Source: Clostridiales bacterium
Lineage (GTDB): Bacteria; Bacillota; Clostridia; Saccharofermentanales; Saccharofermentanaceae
Direction of reading: 5' to 3'
DNA: 64,000 nucleotides
Assembly: GCA_017513085.1 (NCBI GenBank)
Contig: JAFWDK010000010.1
Span: 96,001 to 160,000 of the forward strand
Each line of letters opens with the position of its first letter. Position 1 is the first letter of the stretch. The translations under genes and the position numbers were made by a program. Positions 1 through 9,039 of this stretch are shown here, in pieces. The notes under the pieces were generated by a model. It was not told the origin of the DNA. It saw only the letters and a program-made list of their open reading frames with translations, and searched no databases.

Positions 1-2
1 TG

Positions 3-116
3 GATAATGATTTCTCCGTTTGCAAGGTTGCGTCGATTGCAGACATTGATATGACAGCGGACTTTTTCTTCATTGGCAAAACAGATGAATAATTGTCTTT
101 GGTTTGTAATACTGGC
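3..116 (+). pseudogene. Remnant of a small ACT-domain (amino-acid-binding) protein with an in-frame stop
   Basis: Frame from nt 3 reads DNDFSVCKVASIADIDMTADFFFIGKTDE*LSLVCNT, resembling clostridial ACT-domain proteins (FSVCKV...FFFIGKTDEEISLVC). TAA at 90-92 sits where GAA is expected and similarity is lost after about nt 115. The 5' end lies outside the window. Confidence 0.6.
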
Positions 117-171
117 CGCAGAAGGATATACGATAGTATAAAATCATATTAGAACTAAAAAGGAGAGCAAT

Positions 172-705
172 ATGTCGATCGGACTTAAGAGCGGAACCGT
201 TATATTAGAGCCCCATCAGGAAGAGTGGGATATGGAAGGTAAACGTATCTGTGCGACCATTAAAGAGATTCTTGGCAAGGATGTAGTCGATGCACAGCAT
301 GTAGGAAGTACTTCCATTAAGAGTATATGTGCCAAACCGATCATAGATATAGCTGTTGCCGTAAGAGATTTTCAGGATATAAGAAAACACGACGATGAAC
401 TTGCTGAGCATGGGATCATCTATCGCAAAGAAGACTATCCGGGTCAACATCTGTACCGTATCGGAGATCTGGATAACGGAATAGTTACTCACTATATACA
501 TGTTGTATTAGCGGATTCTTTTCAATGGCAAAACTATATCAACTTCAGAGACTATCTAAATTCTCACACCGAAGAGGCCGAAGCTTATGAGAAGTGTAAG
601 CAGGATCTGTGGTCGAGATATCCTAATGATCGTGAAGCCTATGTTGAGGGCAAGAGTGAGCTCGTAACGGAACTACTTGCTAAAGCTTCTGATTGGCAAG
701 ACTAA
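172..705 (+). CDS. GrpB/UPF0157 family nucleotidyltransferase-like protein
   Basis: HVGSTSI..ICAKPIIDIAV and FRDYL...Y..GK motifs; AGGAG RBS. Confidence 0.9.
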   Translation: MSIGLKSGTVILEPHQEEWDMEGKRICATIKEILGKDVVDAQHVGSTSIKSICAKPIIDIAVAVRDFQDIRKHDDELAEHGIIYRKEDYPGQHLYRIGDLDNGIVTHYIHVVLADSFQWQNYINFRDYLNSHTEEAEAYEKCKQDLWSRYPNDREAYVEGKSELVTELLAKASDWQD

Positions 706-716
706 AGGAGAAACAA

Positions 717-1223
717 ATGAACTATATCAATAAGGGAAAACGGGATGTAATCATCATACCAACGTTTAGTAATGTGCAAATTCTGGAAACGATCAGAAAA
801 AAGTACGATGAACTTTACGGTATTGTGCCACCACATATTACCCTTGCTTTCCCATTCGATAGTGATATCTCAAATGATGATTTAGAACGTAAATTGTCCG
901 AAATTGCAAGTGATTTCAAACCGTTCAAAATAAGATTGAAAGGAATTTCTTTTGGTTTTGATACCCGAGTGAATACATATTACATTTTCCTGGATTTTAT
1001 TCAAGGAGAAGAGATAATTACTGCGATTCACAAAAGGATTTATTGTGATATTCTTCATAAAGAGCTGCCTTTTGAGTATAAACCCCATATTACATTAGGA
1101 TGCACAAAGGAAAAGATCGATCTTAGCTTAGATGAAGAATTTGAAACTACAGTTGATCAGTTATCTGTTGAGTTAATTGGTGAAAATGAAGAATCAAACA
1201 TAATCATCCGGATTAGCTTATAA
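717..1223 (+). CDS. 2'-5' RNA ligase family / 2H phosphoesterase
   Basis: Two HxT motifs (PPHITLAFPF, YKPHITLG); ATG at 717 follows an AAGGAG RBS. Confidence 0.88.
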   Translation: MNYINKGKRDVIIIPTFSNVQILETIRKKYDELYGIVPPHITLAFPFDSDISNDDLERKLSEIASDFKPFKIRLKGISFGFDTRVNTYYIFLDFIQGEEIITAIHKRIYCDILHKELPFEYKPHITLGCTKEKIDLSLDEEFETTVDQLSVELIGENEESNIIIRISL

Positions 1224-1265
1224 TGTAGTGGAGCAAAGAAATAAATACTCAGGACAGGGATCTAT

Positions 1266-2039
1266 ATGGAAGACTCTATAATCACAAAGAACAAACAGTA
1301 TTGGGATGAACACGCTGATCTTTGGTTTGGAACGACGGCTCTGCCCCGATACGGAGTTAAGTTTGTCACGGAGGATGATCTGCATTTCTTCTCGGATGTG
1401 GCCGGCAAGAAGGCTCTTGAAATATGCTGCGGAAGCGGACATTCACTAAAATACCTTTGGAATAAAGGCGCCGGCGAGCTCTGGGGGCTTGATCTGTCAC
1501 AAAAGCAGCTGGACAATGCCAGGCAGTTCTTAAACGGGAGTGGCTGTGATCCAAAGCTTATTTGTGCACCTATGGAGGAAGATTCAGGCATTCCCCGAGA
1601 TTATTTTGACTACGTATATTCCATCTATGGTATCGGCTGGACGACTGACCTTGCCGGCACATTTAAGAAGATTGCCTCGTATCTGAAAAAGGACGGCATC
1701 TTCATATTCAGCTGGGGACATCCGCTTCATTATTGCGTGGCAAAATCATATGCAACCGGCGAAGATGAAGTGCAGGATGGAGAACTCGTATTCTCAAGGA
1801 GTTATTTCGATGAGTCATATTTTGATATGCCGGTTCACGACACCACTGTGACATTTGCGAACAGGAAGATATCTACTTATGTCAATGCATTGTATGAAGC
1901 CGGTTTTATCATCGAGAAGATGGTCGAGCAAACTGATGAACAGACACTGGCTGACAGTAAGGACAACAGCCCGAAAGCGCAGAAAGCGAGGATGATCCCT
2001 CTATCAATGTGCTTTAAGTGCAGAAAAATAGGCGGATAA
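1266..2039 (+). CDS. Class I SAM-dependent methyltransferase
   Basis: LEICCGSG motif I, GLDLS, FDYVYS, LKKDGIFIFS. Confidence 0.9.
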   Translation: MEDSIITKNKQYWDEHADLWFGTTALPRYGVKFVTEDDLHFFSDVAGKKALEICCGSGHSLKYLWNKGAGELWGLDLSQKQLDNARQFLNGSGCDPKLICAPMEEDSGIPRDYFDYVYSIYGIGWTTDLAGTFKKIASYLKKDGIFIFSWGHPLHYCVAKSYATGEDEVQDGELVFSRSYFDESYFDMPVHDTTVTFANRKISTYVNALYEAGFIIEKMVEQTDEQTLADSKDNSPKAQKARMIPLSMCFKCRKIGG

Positions 2040-2066
2040 TCATCCATTTTAAATCTGGAGAAAAAC

Positions 2067-2633
2067 ATGAACGCGAGAGAATACCTTGAAATATTACATG
2101 TAGCTGAAAGACTCAAAGATACGCCCAGACACTGTACGACCACCAACGGAAGAACGGAGAGTGTGGCGGAACACAGCTGGAGAGTATCACTCATGGCTTC
2201 ACTCCTGAGACACGAATTCCCTGATCTTGATATGGATAAGGTCGTTAGTATGTGTCTTATTCACGATCTCGGAGAATGTTTTACCGGTGACATACCTGCT
2301 TTTGTTAAGACGGATGCTGACAGAAAAACAGAAGATACATTATTAGAACAATGGGTGAAGTCGCTTACGGAAGAGATATCCTCCGATCTCTCTGCTCTAT
2401 ACAAGGAAATGGATGCGCAGAAGACGGCGGAAGCGAAATTGTATAAGGCCTTAGACAAACTTGAAGCCTTGATCCAGCATAATGAGTCTCCTTTGAGCAC
2501 ATGGGCGGAGAACGAGTACGAGCTGAATAAGACGTATGCTTTCGAAACGGTCTCATTCTCGAAATGGCTTACAGCACTTCGAGAAGAGATCCTTAAGGAT
2601 ACGATTGAAAAAATCGAAAAGGAGAGTGAATAA
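2067..2633 (+). CDS. HD-domain hydrolase (YfbR/HD_3-like)
   Basis: ESVAEHSW...CLIHDLGE...GDIP...LDKLE. Confidence 0.9.
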   Translation: MNAREYLEILHVAERLKDTPRHCTTTNGRTESVAEHSWRVSLMASLLRHEFPDLDMDKVVSMCLIHDLGECFTGDIPAFVKTDADRKTEDTLLEQWVKSLTEEISSDLSALYKEMDAQKTAEAKLYKALDKLEALIQHNESPLSTWAENEYELNKTYAFETVSFSKWLTALREEILKDTIEKIEKESE

Positions 2634-3146
2634 ATGGAAAACATTGTTTTTAGAGAAGCAACAATGGATGATGCAGAGGAAATGATTTCCTATCTGAACA
2701 TCGTCGGGAGAGAATCCGGAAATCTCATGCATGGGGCAGACGGTTTTAAAGCACCGGTCGAAGCGGTGAAACGGCGCATCCAGGCTTCCCATGACGCAGA
2801 TAACAGCATAATTCTGATTGCCCTTTCGGATGGGAAGATCATAGGCCGGGCTGAACTGGCCGGCTATCCGGCGGCAAAATTGCATCATAATGCCACGTTT
2901 TCCATTTCTGTCCGAAAAGACTACTGGAATATGAAAATCGGCACAAGGCTGATGACAGAAATCATTGAATGTGCGAAAAAGATGAATCTTCGGAATATTG
3001 ATCTGGAAGTAGTAGTTGATAATAAGGCAGCCATTGCGCTTTACCATAAAATGGGATTTACCGATATAGGAGTATACAAGAACTACTGGTATGCGAATAA
3101 TACCTATAGCGATGCCATTGTCATGCAGAAATGTTTGAACGACTAA
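2634..3146 (+). CDS. GNAT family N-acetyltransferase
   Basis: SVRKDYWNMKIG motif A; NKAAIALYHKMGF. Confidence 0.9.
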   Translation: MENIVFREATMDDAEEMISYLNIVGRESGNLMHGADGFKAPVEAVKRRIQASHDADNSIILIALSDGKIIGRAELAGYPAAKLHHNATFSISVRKDYWNMKIGTRLMTEIIECAKKMNLRNIDLEVVVDNKAAIALYHKMGFTDIGVYKNYWYANNTYSDAIVMQKCLND

Positions 3147-3170
3147 TATAGAAGCGATTGAGGATCCTTT

Positions 3171-4529
3171 TTGATGGATATTGAAGGAAGAAAAGAATTC
3201 AAAAAGCAGCTTATGAGTCTGTCAGTGCCTTTGGCGCTACAGAATCTTCTTACGGCTCTTGTCGGCGCATCGGATGCACTTATGCTAGGACGTCTGACGC
3301 AGGATGCGATCGCAGCCGTATCGCTTGCCAATCAGATTGCTTTTGTTATGTCTTTATTCTATAGCGTTGCTATTGTTGCAGCGAGTGTTCTGATATCCCA
3401 ATATTGGGGCAAGAAGGACTATCTTAATGCAAAAAGATTTCTGGGAATGGCAATTCGATATGCCCTGGGCATCGGAATCATCTTCACGGTAGGTGCTTAT
3501 ATCTTTGCAGAACAACTTATAGGGATATTGACTAATGAGCAGGAGCTAATCCGGATCGGAGCGGATTACCTGAGGATTGTGTGCTTCTCTTATGTTTTTA
3601 CCTCTGTATTGCGGTGTTTTCTGATGATTATGAAGATTTCCGGGCATGTGAAGTTGAGCGTCTGGATCTCTGTTGTTACCGTAACAGTGGACATGGCAGC
3701 CGATTTCTTCCTGATCTATGGATTTGGAAAGATCCCTGCTTTGGGTGCAAACGGCTCTGCTTATTCAACGATCGTTGTGGAAATGATTGCTCTGATCTGG
3801 TGTGTTATTTGGGCGCAGAGAAATGAGAATATACGTCTTGGAAAAGATTCCCTGCTTTGTTTTTCCAGGACATATGAGCGAAAACTTTGGAAGATCATCC
3901 CCGGAATGATGTTGTCCTCACTGGCTTGGGGATTCAGCATCCCAATGCACTCGTTTTTTCTGGGACATCTCGGGACAGATGCCACGGCAGCAGCCGCTGT
4001 AGTCACAGTCGCTCAGCAACTGATACAGGGACTTACTCATGGCTTCTCTACCGGTATCAGTATCATGATCGGGAAACTCCTTGGACAGAATAAATTGGAT
4101 AAGGCGAAAGAATATGGTGCTCTTAGTTGGAAAGTGTCATTGATTTCAGGAATGATAAATGTATTGCTGATTTGCATTGTTGGACCGCTTGTTTATGTAT
4201 TCTATGTACTTGAAGCCCTGGCCAAGCAATATCTCATACAAATGCTTATTTTCCTGGCTTTCTATATGGTGGCGTATGCATACAATACCATTATTACCTG
4301 TGGAGTCTTTCCAGCGGGAGGAGATTCGATTTATGACGGGATAAGTGTTTTGATTGCCACCTGGTGCTTTGCGATTCCACTGGCTCTTATCGCCTGCTTT
4401 GTATTACATCTTCCGGTCATAGTCGTTTATGTAATCATGTGCCTGGATGAGATAGTGAAGGTGCCTTTTATCAGGTGGAGATATAATAAATATATATGGC
4501 TAAAGAATCTTACAAAAGAGACTGCTTAA
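3171..4529 (+). CDS. MATE family efflux transporter
   Basis: About 12 TM segments; DALMLGRL, SQYWGK, LGANGSA MATE repeats. Confidence 0.92.
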   Translation: MMDIEGRKEFKKQLMSLSVPLALQNLLTALVGASDALMLGRLTQDAIAAVSLANQIAFVMSLFYSVAIVAASVLISQYWGKKDYLNAKRFLGMAIRYALGIGIIFTVGAYIFAEQLIGILTNEQELIRIGADYLRIVCFSYVFTSVLRCFLMIMKISGHVKLSVWISVVTVTVDMAADFFLIYGFGKIPALGANGSAYSTIVVEMIALIWCVIWAQRNENIRLGKDSLLCFSRTYERKLWKIIPGMMLSSLAWGFSIPMHSFFLGHLGTDATAAAAVVTVAQQLIQGLTHGFSTGISIMIGKLLGQNKLDKAKEYGALSWKVSLISGMINVLLICIVGPLVYVFYVLEALAKQYLIQMLIFLAFYMVAYAYNTIITCGVFPAGGDSIYDGISVLIATWCFAIPLALIACFVLHLPVIVVYVIMCLDEIVKVPFIRWRYNKYIWLKNLTKETA

Positions 4530-4576
4530 GGAAAAACAGACATGATCAGAACATAAGAATTTAAAGAGGTAATGAT

Positions 4577-5164
4577 ATGAAAGTGTTAATTGTATATTGC
4601 CATCCTTCAAAAGATAGTTTTACGAATGAGGTATATAAATCTTTTGAACGAGGATTAAGAGATGCAGGTCATGAGATTTTAATATCCGATTTGTATGATA
4701 TGGATTTTAAAACGGACATGAGTGAAGAAGAATATTTACGAGAAACCTATTACAAAGCGGATGGAATAAAATCAAAAGATGTCTTGATCGAACAGGAAAA
4801 AATACAGAACAGTGATGCAATTGTGTTTATATATCCTGTATTTTGGACGGAAGCACCTGCGAAGCTTGTGGGTTGGTTTGACCGGGTTTGGACAACAGGA
4901 TTTGCTTATAGACCAGATCCTGCGATGAAGGTTCTTGAAAAAGCATTATTTATTGTTTGCGCAGGAAAAACCATGCAATCTCTCATTGAAACAGGGGAGA
5001 AGAGTGCTATGGAAACAGTAATGTTGGGAGATAGAATTCGTAATAGGGCAAAAGAGAAAGAAATGGTAATTTTTGATAATATATCGCATTGGAATGAAGA
5101 AGCACGAAATGAGAATATGCCACGACATCTTTCCAAGGCATATGATATGGGTGTAAATTTCTAG
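4577..5164 (+). CDS. NAD(P)H-dependent oxidoreductase, flavodoxin-like fold
   Basis: VYCHPSKDSF, YPVFWTEAPAKLVGWFDRVW. Confidence 0.9.
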   Translation: MKVLIVYCHPSKDSFTNEVYKSFERGLRDAGHEILISDLYDMDFKTDMSEEEYLRETYYKADGIKSKDVLIEQEKIQNSDAIVFIYPVFWTEAPAKLVGWFDRVWTTGFAYRPDPAMKVLEKALFIVCAGKTMQSLIETGEKSAMETVMLGDRIRNRAKEKEMVIFDNISHWNEEARNENMPRHLSKAYDMGVNF

Positions 5165-5193
5165 AACGTAAGAACGGAGTTGAAGAGAAGTCT

Positions 5194-5715
5194 ATGATCA
5201 TACTTATAACAGGTGCATCACATACCGGAAAAACTGTTTTGGCGCAGAGATTGCTTGAAAAATATAAATACCCGTATCTTTCCATAGATCATTTGAAAAT
5301 GGGACTTATTCGCAGTGGAAACACTGATCTTACGCCTGATGACGATGCCGAGCTTACGGAATATTTGTGGCCGATCGTCAGAGAAATCATCAAGACAGCC
5401 ATAGAGAATGAGCAGAACCTTATTGTTGAGGGATGTTATGTTCCTTTTGATTGGAGAAACAGTTTTGATGAGCAGTATCTTCTGTCGATAAGATTCATCT
5501 GTCTTGCTATGTCAGATGAATATATGATTTCGCATTTTGGAGATATAAAAGCGCATGGCTCAGACATTGAAAACAGGCTCGATGATTCTGATTGTACAGT
5601 TGAACAAGTGATGAAAGACAACCGCCAGATCATTGCCGGTTACAAATCCAGTGGCGAAAAGATTACTTTGATTACAGACAACTATGAGGATTCGATAAGA
5701 GGCATATTGAATTAA
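5194..5715 (+). CDS. P-loop nucleotide kinase-like protein
   Basis: ITGASHTGKT Walker A; LIVEG. Confidence 0.85.
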   Translation: MIILITGASHTGKTVLAQRLLEKYKYPYLSIDHLKMGLIRSGNTDLTPDDDAELTEYLWPIVREIIKTAIENEQNLIVEGCYVPFDWRNSFDEQYLLSIRFICLAMSDEYMISHFGDIKAHGSDIENRLDDSDCTVEQVMKDNRQIIAGYKSSGEKITLITDNYEDSIRGILN

Positions 5716-5730
5716 CAAATTCAAGTTTGT
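5715..5730. repeat. 16-bp pseudo-palindrome ACAAA-TTCAAG-TTTGT (copy 1)
   Basis: Overlaps the stop codon of the kinase gene; 15/16 identical to 7549-7564. Confidence 0.7.
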
Positions 5731-5767
5731 CATGAGGTTGCATTTTGCGGATTTGTGAAAGGTTTTT

Positions 5768-6307
5768 ATGGATATTAGAATTGAACCTATATTGATTGAA
5801 CAAAAATCTGTATTCATTCAGATGATGGAGTTATACAATTATGATTTTTCAGAGTTTTCCGATGATGATATAAATGAATATGGATACTTTGGTTATTCGC
5901 GTATTGATGATTATTGGAATGAGGAAGGAAGATATCCTTACTTTATTAGAGTTGACGGGAAACTTGCAGGATTAGTCTTGGTCAGGTCCTGCAGTGAACA
6001 TAATGATTTATCCAATCCTCACAATATAGCTGAATTCTTCGTGATGAAAAAATACCGGCACAAAGGAGTTGGGAAGATGGTTGCTATGAAGATTTTCGAT
6101 ATGTTTCCCGGTGGATGGGAAATATCACAATGGCAAAATAACCTGCCTGCTCAAACCTTCTGGAAGATAGTCATTAACGAATATACTAATGGTAAGTTTG
6201 ATACATTTACTGCAATAGAGAAAGGCGAGGTTGGTTTTACATTTGATAATTCACTTAGCCGTGGTGATGAGGGAAAAGATGAAATACCAATACAAAGAAA
6301 TGCCTGA
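5768..6307 (+). CDS. GNAT family acetyltransferase
   Basis: IAEFFVMKKYRHKGVG; NLPAQTFW. Confidence 0.9.
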   Translation: MDIRIEPILIEQKSVFIQMMELYNYDFSEFSDDDINEYGYFGYSRIDDYWNEEGRYPYFIRVDGKLAGLVLVRSCSEHNDLSNPHNIAEFFVMKKYRHKGVGKMVAMKIFDMFPGGWEISQWQNNLPAQTFWKIVINEYTNGKFDTFTAIEKGEVGFTFDNSLSRGDEGKDEIPIQRNA

Positions 6308-6348
6308 ATCTATGATGGTCTGTTTTTGAGTTTGGATTATGAATGATT

Positions 6349-6418
6349 TCTCCCAATTATATTGAAAAATCTCCCAAAAGGATGTATGATTTGGGAGAAA
6401 AGTATGTTGGTTGGGAGA
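6349..6418 (+). promoter_or_regulatory. SigA promoter of the Fic gene embedded in a four-site operator (TCTCCCAA x2, TTGGGAGA x2)
   Basis: -35 TTGAAA 6362-6367, 17-nt spacer, -10 TATGAT 6385-6390; 8-mers at 6349, 6370, 6391 and 6411. Confidence 0.75.
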
Positions 6419-6433
6419 AAGGATAGTTGCCGG

Positions 6434-7513
6434 ATGAGACAGTTTGATTATTCTAAATTGGCTGATAGAACTTGGGATAATGAAATAGTATCTTATATTT
6501 CAAAGATTCACGAGTACAAAGGAAAACAGGAATTGTTCCTTCGTCAGAAGCCGGTTGAACTTACACGTCTTATCGAGGTGGCTAAAGCTCAAAGTACTGA
6601 GGCTTCAAACCGTATCGAAGGAATAGTAACCACCAGCTCAAGACTAAAACAGTTAATGAACGATAAAACGACACCTAAGAATAGAGATGAGGAAGAAATC
6701 CTTGGGTATCGAAACGTACTTAATCTGGTGCATGATAATTACGATGCAATCCCTGTAAGACGAAATTATATCCTTCAGATGCATAAGGAATTACTAAAGT
6801 ATACGAATTTCTCTTACGGCGGTCAGTTTAAGACAACTCCCAATGAAATCGATATGGTTACGGAGGCCGGTGAGAAGATCGTGCTATTCAGACCTTTAGC
6901 ACCATATGAGACTCCCGATGCTATTGATCAAATTTGTGAGCAGTATCAGAAAGAGTTGGATAGAGGTGTGGTTGATGAGTTAATACTAATTCCATGCTTC
7001 CTTCTCGATTTCCTGTGTATTCACCCATTTAATGATGGAAACGGAAGAATGAGTCGACTAATTACTCTGCTTCTTCTAAATAGATGTGGATACCTGGTTG
7101 GACAATACATAAGTATCGAGAAAGCAATTGCTGATACTAAGGAAGCCTATTATGATTCGTTGCAGAGAGCTGATCAAAATTGGCATGAAGGACAAAACGA
7201 TCCCAAACCGTTTATCAAATACATGCTGGGTGTAATCCTCGCATGCTATCGCGAGTTTGAGCGAAGAGTCACTATTGCTCACCCTGAAGGAACTAGAAGT
7301 ACTTCGTACGACATAGTTAAGGCTTGTGTTACAGAACGAATCGGAAAGTTTACTAAATTGGAAGTGCTGACATTATGTCCGAGTTTGGGGAGCTCTTCCG
7401 TAGAATCTGCCTTGAAAAAACTGGTTGATGAAGGATATCTTGTTCGTATTGGATCTGGGCGAAAGACGCAATATGTAAAAGCTGATGCTATCAAACATAA
7501 GCGGAAGCTGTAA
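6434..7513 (+). CDS. Fic family protein with C-terminal winged HTH
   Basis: HPFNDGNGRMSR Fic motif; inhibitory-helix-like ASNRIEG; C-terminal wHTH. Start placed at MRQFDY after the AAAGGA RBS. Confidence 0.92.
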   Translation: MRQFDYSKLADRTWDNEIVSYISKIHEYKGKQELFLRQKPVELTRLIEVAKAQSTEASNRIEGIVTTSSRLKQLMNDKTTPKNRDEEEILGYRNVLNLVHDNYDAIPVRRNYILQMHKELLKYTNFSYGGQFKTTPNEIDMVTEAGEKIVLFRPLAPYETPDAIDQICEQYQKELDRGVVDELILIPCFLLDFLCIHPFNDGNGRMSRLITLLLLNRCGYLVGQYISIEKAIADTKEAYYDSLQRADQNWHEGQNDPKPFIKYMLGVILACYREFERRVTIAHPEGTRSTSYDIVKACVTERIGKFTKLEVLTLCPSLGSSSVESALKKLVDEGYLVRIGSGRKTQYVKADAIKHKRKL

Positions 7514-7548
7514 GGCGCGTTCGATGGAATATGAGGGTATCCTGTGAC

Positions 7549-7564
7549 ACAAATTCAAGTTTAT
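7549..7564. repeat. 16-bp pseudo-palindrome ACAAA-TTCAAG-TTTAT (copy 2)
   Basis: In the intergenic region downstream of fic; matches 5715-5730 and the inverted copy at 34098-34113. Confidence 0.7.
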
Positions 7565-7580
7565 AGGGTTGATGCCATAG

Positions 7581-7697
7581 TCGAGAAGAAAAGATACCGC
7601 AGACCACAGTGGATCCGAGTTCTTTGAAATGAACTGCAAAGAAACGTCGCGGATAGCAAAGGATTTTACGGTGGAGGTTATCAGAAGCGAGCAATAA
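7581..7697 (+). pseudogene. Possible 3' remnant of a lost gene (MTA/SAH nucleosidase C-terminus-like)
   Basis: Startless frame SRRKDTADHSGSEFFEMNCKETSRIAKDFTVEVIRSEQ* ends just before the next RBS; family resemblance is from memory only. Confidence 0.35.
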
Positions 7698-7710
7698 AAG
7701 GAGTTGGCAA

Positions 7711-8310
7711 ATGAGCCAGATTGTTGAAAAAATGCGGCAGGAGATAATCGATCGAAGTGCCCGATTTGAAGAACTGACAAAAGGTACGAAGGATGAGTAC
7801 AACATATATCGGGAGCATATCCAGTATGTTTATAAGTATGTTGTAATGCTCTCAAAGGACAAGAATGTCGATGGGGAAGTGTTGGAATTAGCTGCCCTTT
7901 TACATGATATTTCCATGACCGATATGTCACTGGACCGAAGCCGGCACAATGAATACGGTGCGGGAATTGCGGAACAGTTGTTACGGGAGAGTAATTACCC
8001 GGAAGACAAAACGCAGCTTGTCAAAAGATGTATTCTGAATCACAGTAAAGGAAGACAGCAATACCGGAGCACGGAGGAAGAGCAGATCCTTGTCGATGCT
8101 GACGGATTATCTCATTTTGATGTTGTTAAGACGCTTTATTCCTTGCCAAGTAAAGTCATGGGATTAAACGAAGAGGACTCGGTGCGGTTTGTGCAGGATA
8201 AACTGACCGGAGACTATAATGAATTAAGTGATGATCTCAAATACTTGGTAAAAGAAAAATATGACAGAATAATGGCCTCCAAATGCGAAGATGATATAAA
8301 AGCACTGTGA
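7711..8310 (+). CDS. HD-domain protein
   Basis: H...AALLHDI...RHNEYGA...ILNH...LVDAD. Confidence 0.88.
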   Translation: MSQIVEKMRQEIIDRSARFEELTKGTKDEYNIYREHIQYVYKYVVMLSKDKNVDGEVLELAALLHDISMTDMSLDRSRHNEYGAGIAEQLLRESNYPEDKTQLVKRCILNHSKGRQQYRSTEEEQILVDADGLSHFDVVKTLYSLPSKVMGLNEEDSVRFVQDKLTGDYNELSDDLKYLVKEKYDRIMASKCEDDIKAL

Positions 8311-8415
8311 TATTCGGTGTGAAGGAAAGTTATCTCTTGAATTTATCGTTCCAAACATTAGTTGACTATCTGGTGTAAGTGTGCGAAAATGCCTGAAAAC
8401 AACGAGGTGTTTAGT

Positions 8416-8877
8416 GTGATTAAGGTGCTTTTTATCTGCCACGGCAATATATGTCGTTCGACAATGGCTCAGTCTATGTTCCAGAATATGGTGAACAAGT
8501 TGGGGCTTTCAGATAGATTTTTTATTGATTCGGCTGCGACGAGCAGGGAGGAGATAGGGAATACGCCTCACTATGGAACGGTCAGTAAGCTTCGTTCTGT
8601 CGGGATTCCTCTAGTACCACATCGTGCACGCCAGATGACTCAAAATGACTATGAGAACTTTGATTATCTTATCGGGATGGATTCCTATAACGTCTCTAAT
8701 ATGACGCGTATTGCCGGAGGTGATCCAAATCATAAGATATTTCAAATGCTTGAGTTTGCTGGATCACGCAGAAGCATTGCCGATCCATGGTACACAGATA
8801 ATTTCGATGAAACTTACGATGACTTGAAAGAAGGGTTGGAAAGTTTTATGGAATATCTTATTTCCGAAGGCATCTAA
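8416..8877 (+). CDS. Low molecular weight protein-tyrosine phosphatase
   Basis: FICHGNICRS and IADPWY motifs; GTG start after a GAGGTG RBS. Confidence 0.93.
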   Translation: MIKVLFICHGNICRSTMAQSMFQNMVNKLGLSDRFFIDSAATSREEIGNTPHYGTVSKLRSVGIPLVPHRARQMTQNDYENFDYLIGMDSYNVSNMTRIAGGDPNHKIFQMLEFAGSRRSIADPWYTDNFDETYDDLKEGLESFMEYLISEGI

Positions 8878-9039
8878 GATTGTGTGGTTACGATAGCCGT
8901 ATCTTTTTGCATGTTGTGAAGATTTCATAAATTATCTGGAACTTGCGGTATTTGTTTGATGAAAAAATAGAGTCCGGAATGCGTACTTTTTCTGTTTTTT
9001 TTCTTATAATGCTCTTAGACAGCAATCAGGGGATGACAT

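Noticed and set aside
4549-5174. AGAACATAAGAA / AGAACGTAAGAA pair flanking the flavodoxin-like gene
   Set aside because: Only a 12-bp AT-rich match in two copies and not a full LexA palindrome; could be a target duplication but cannot be distinguished from chance
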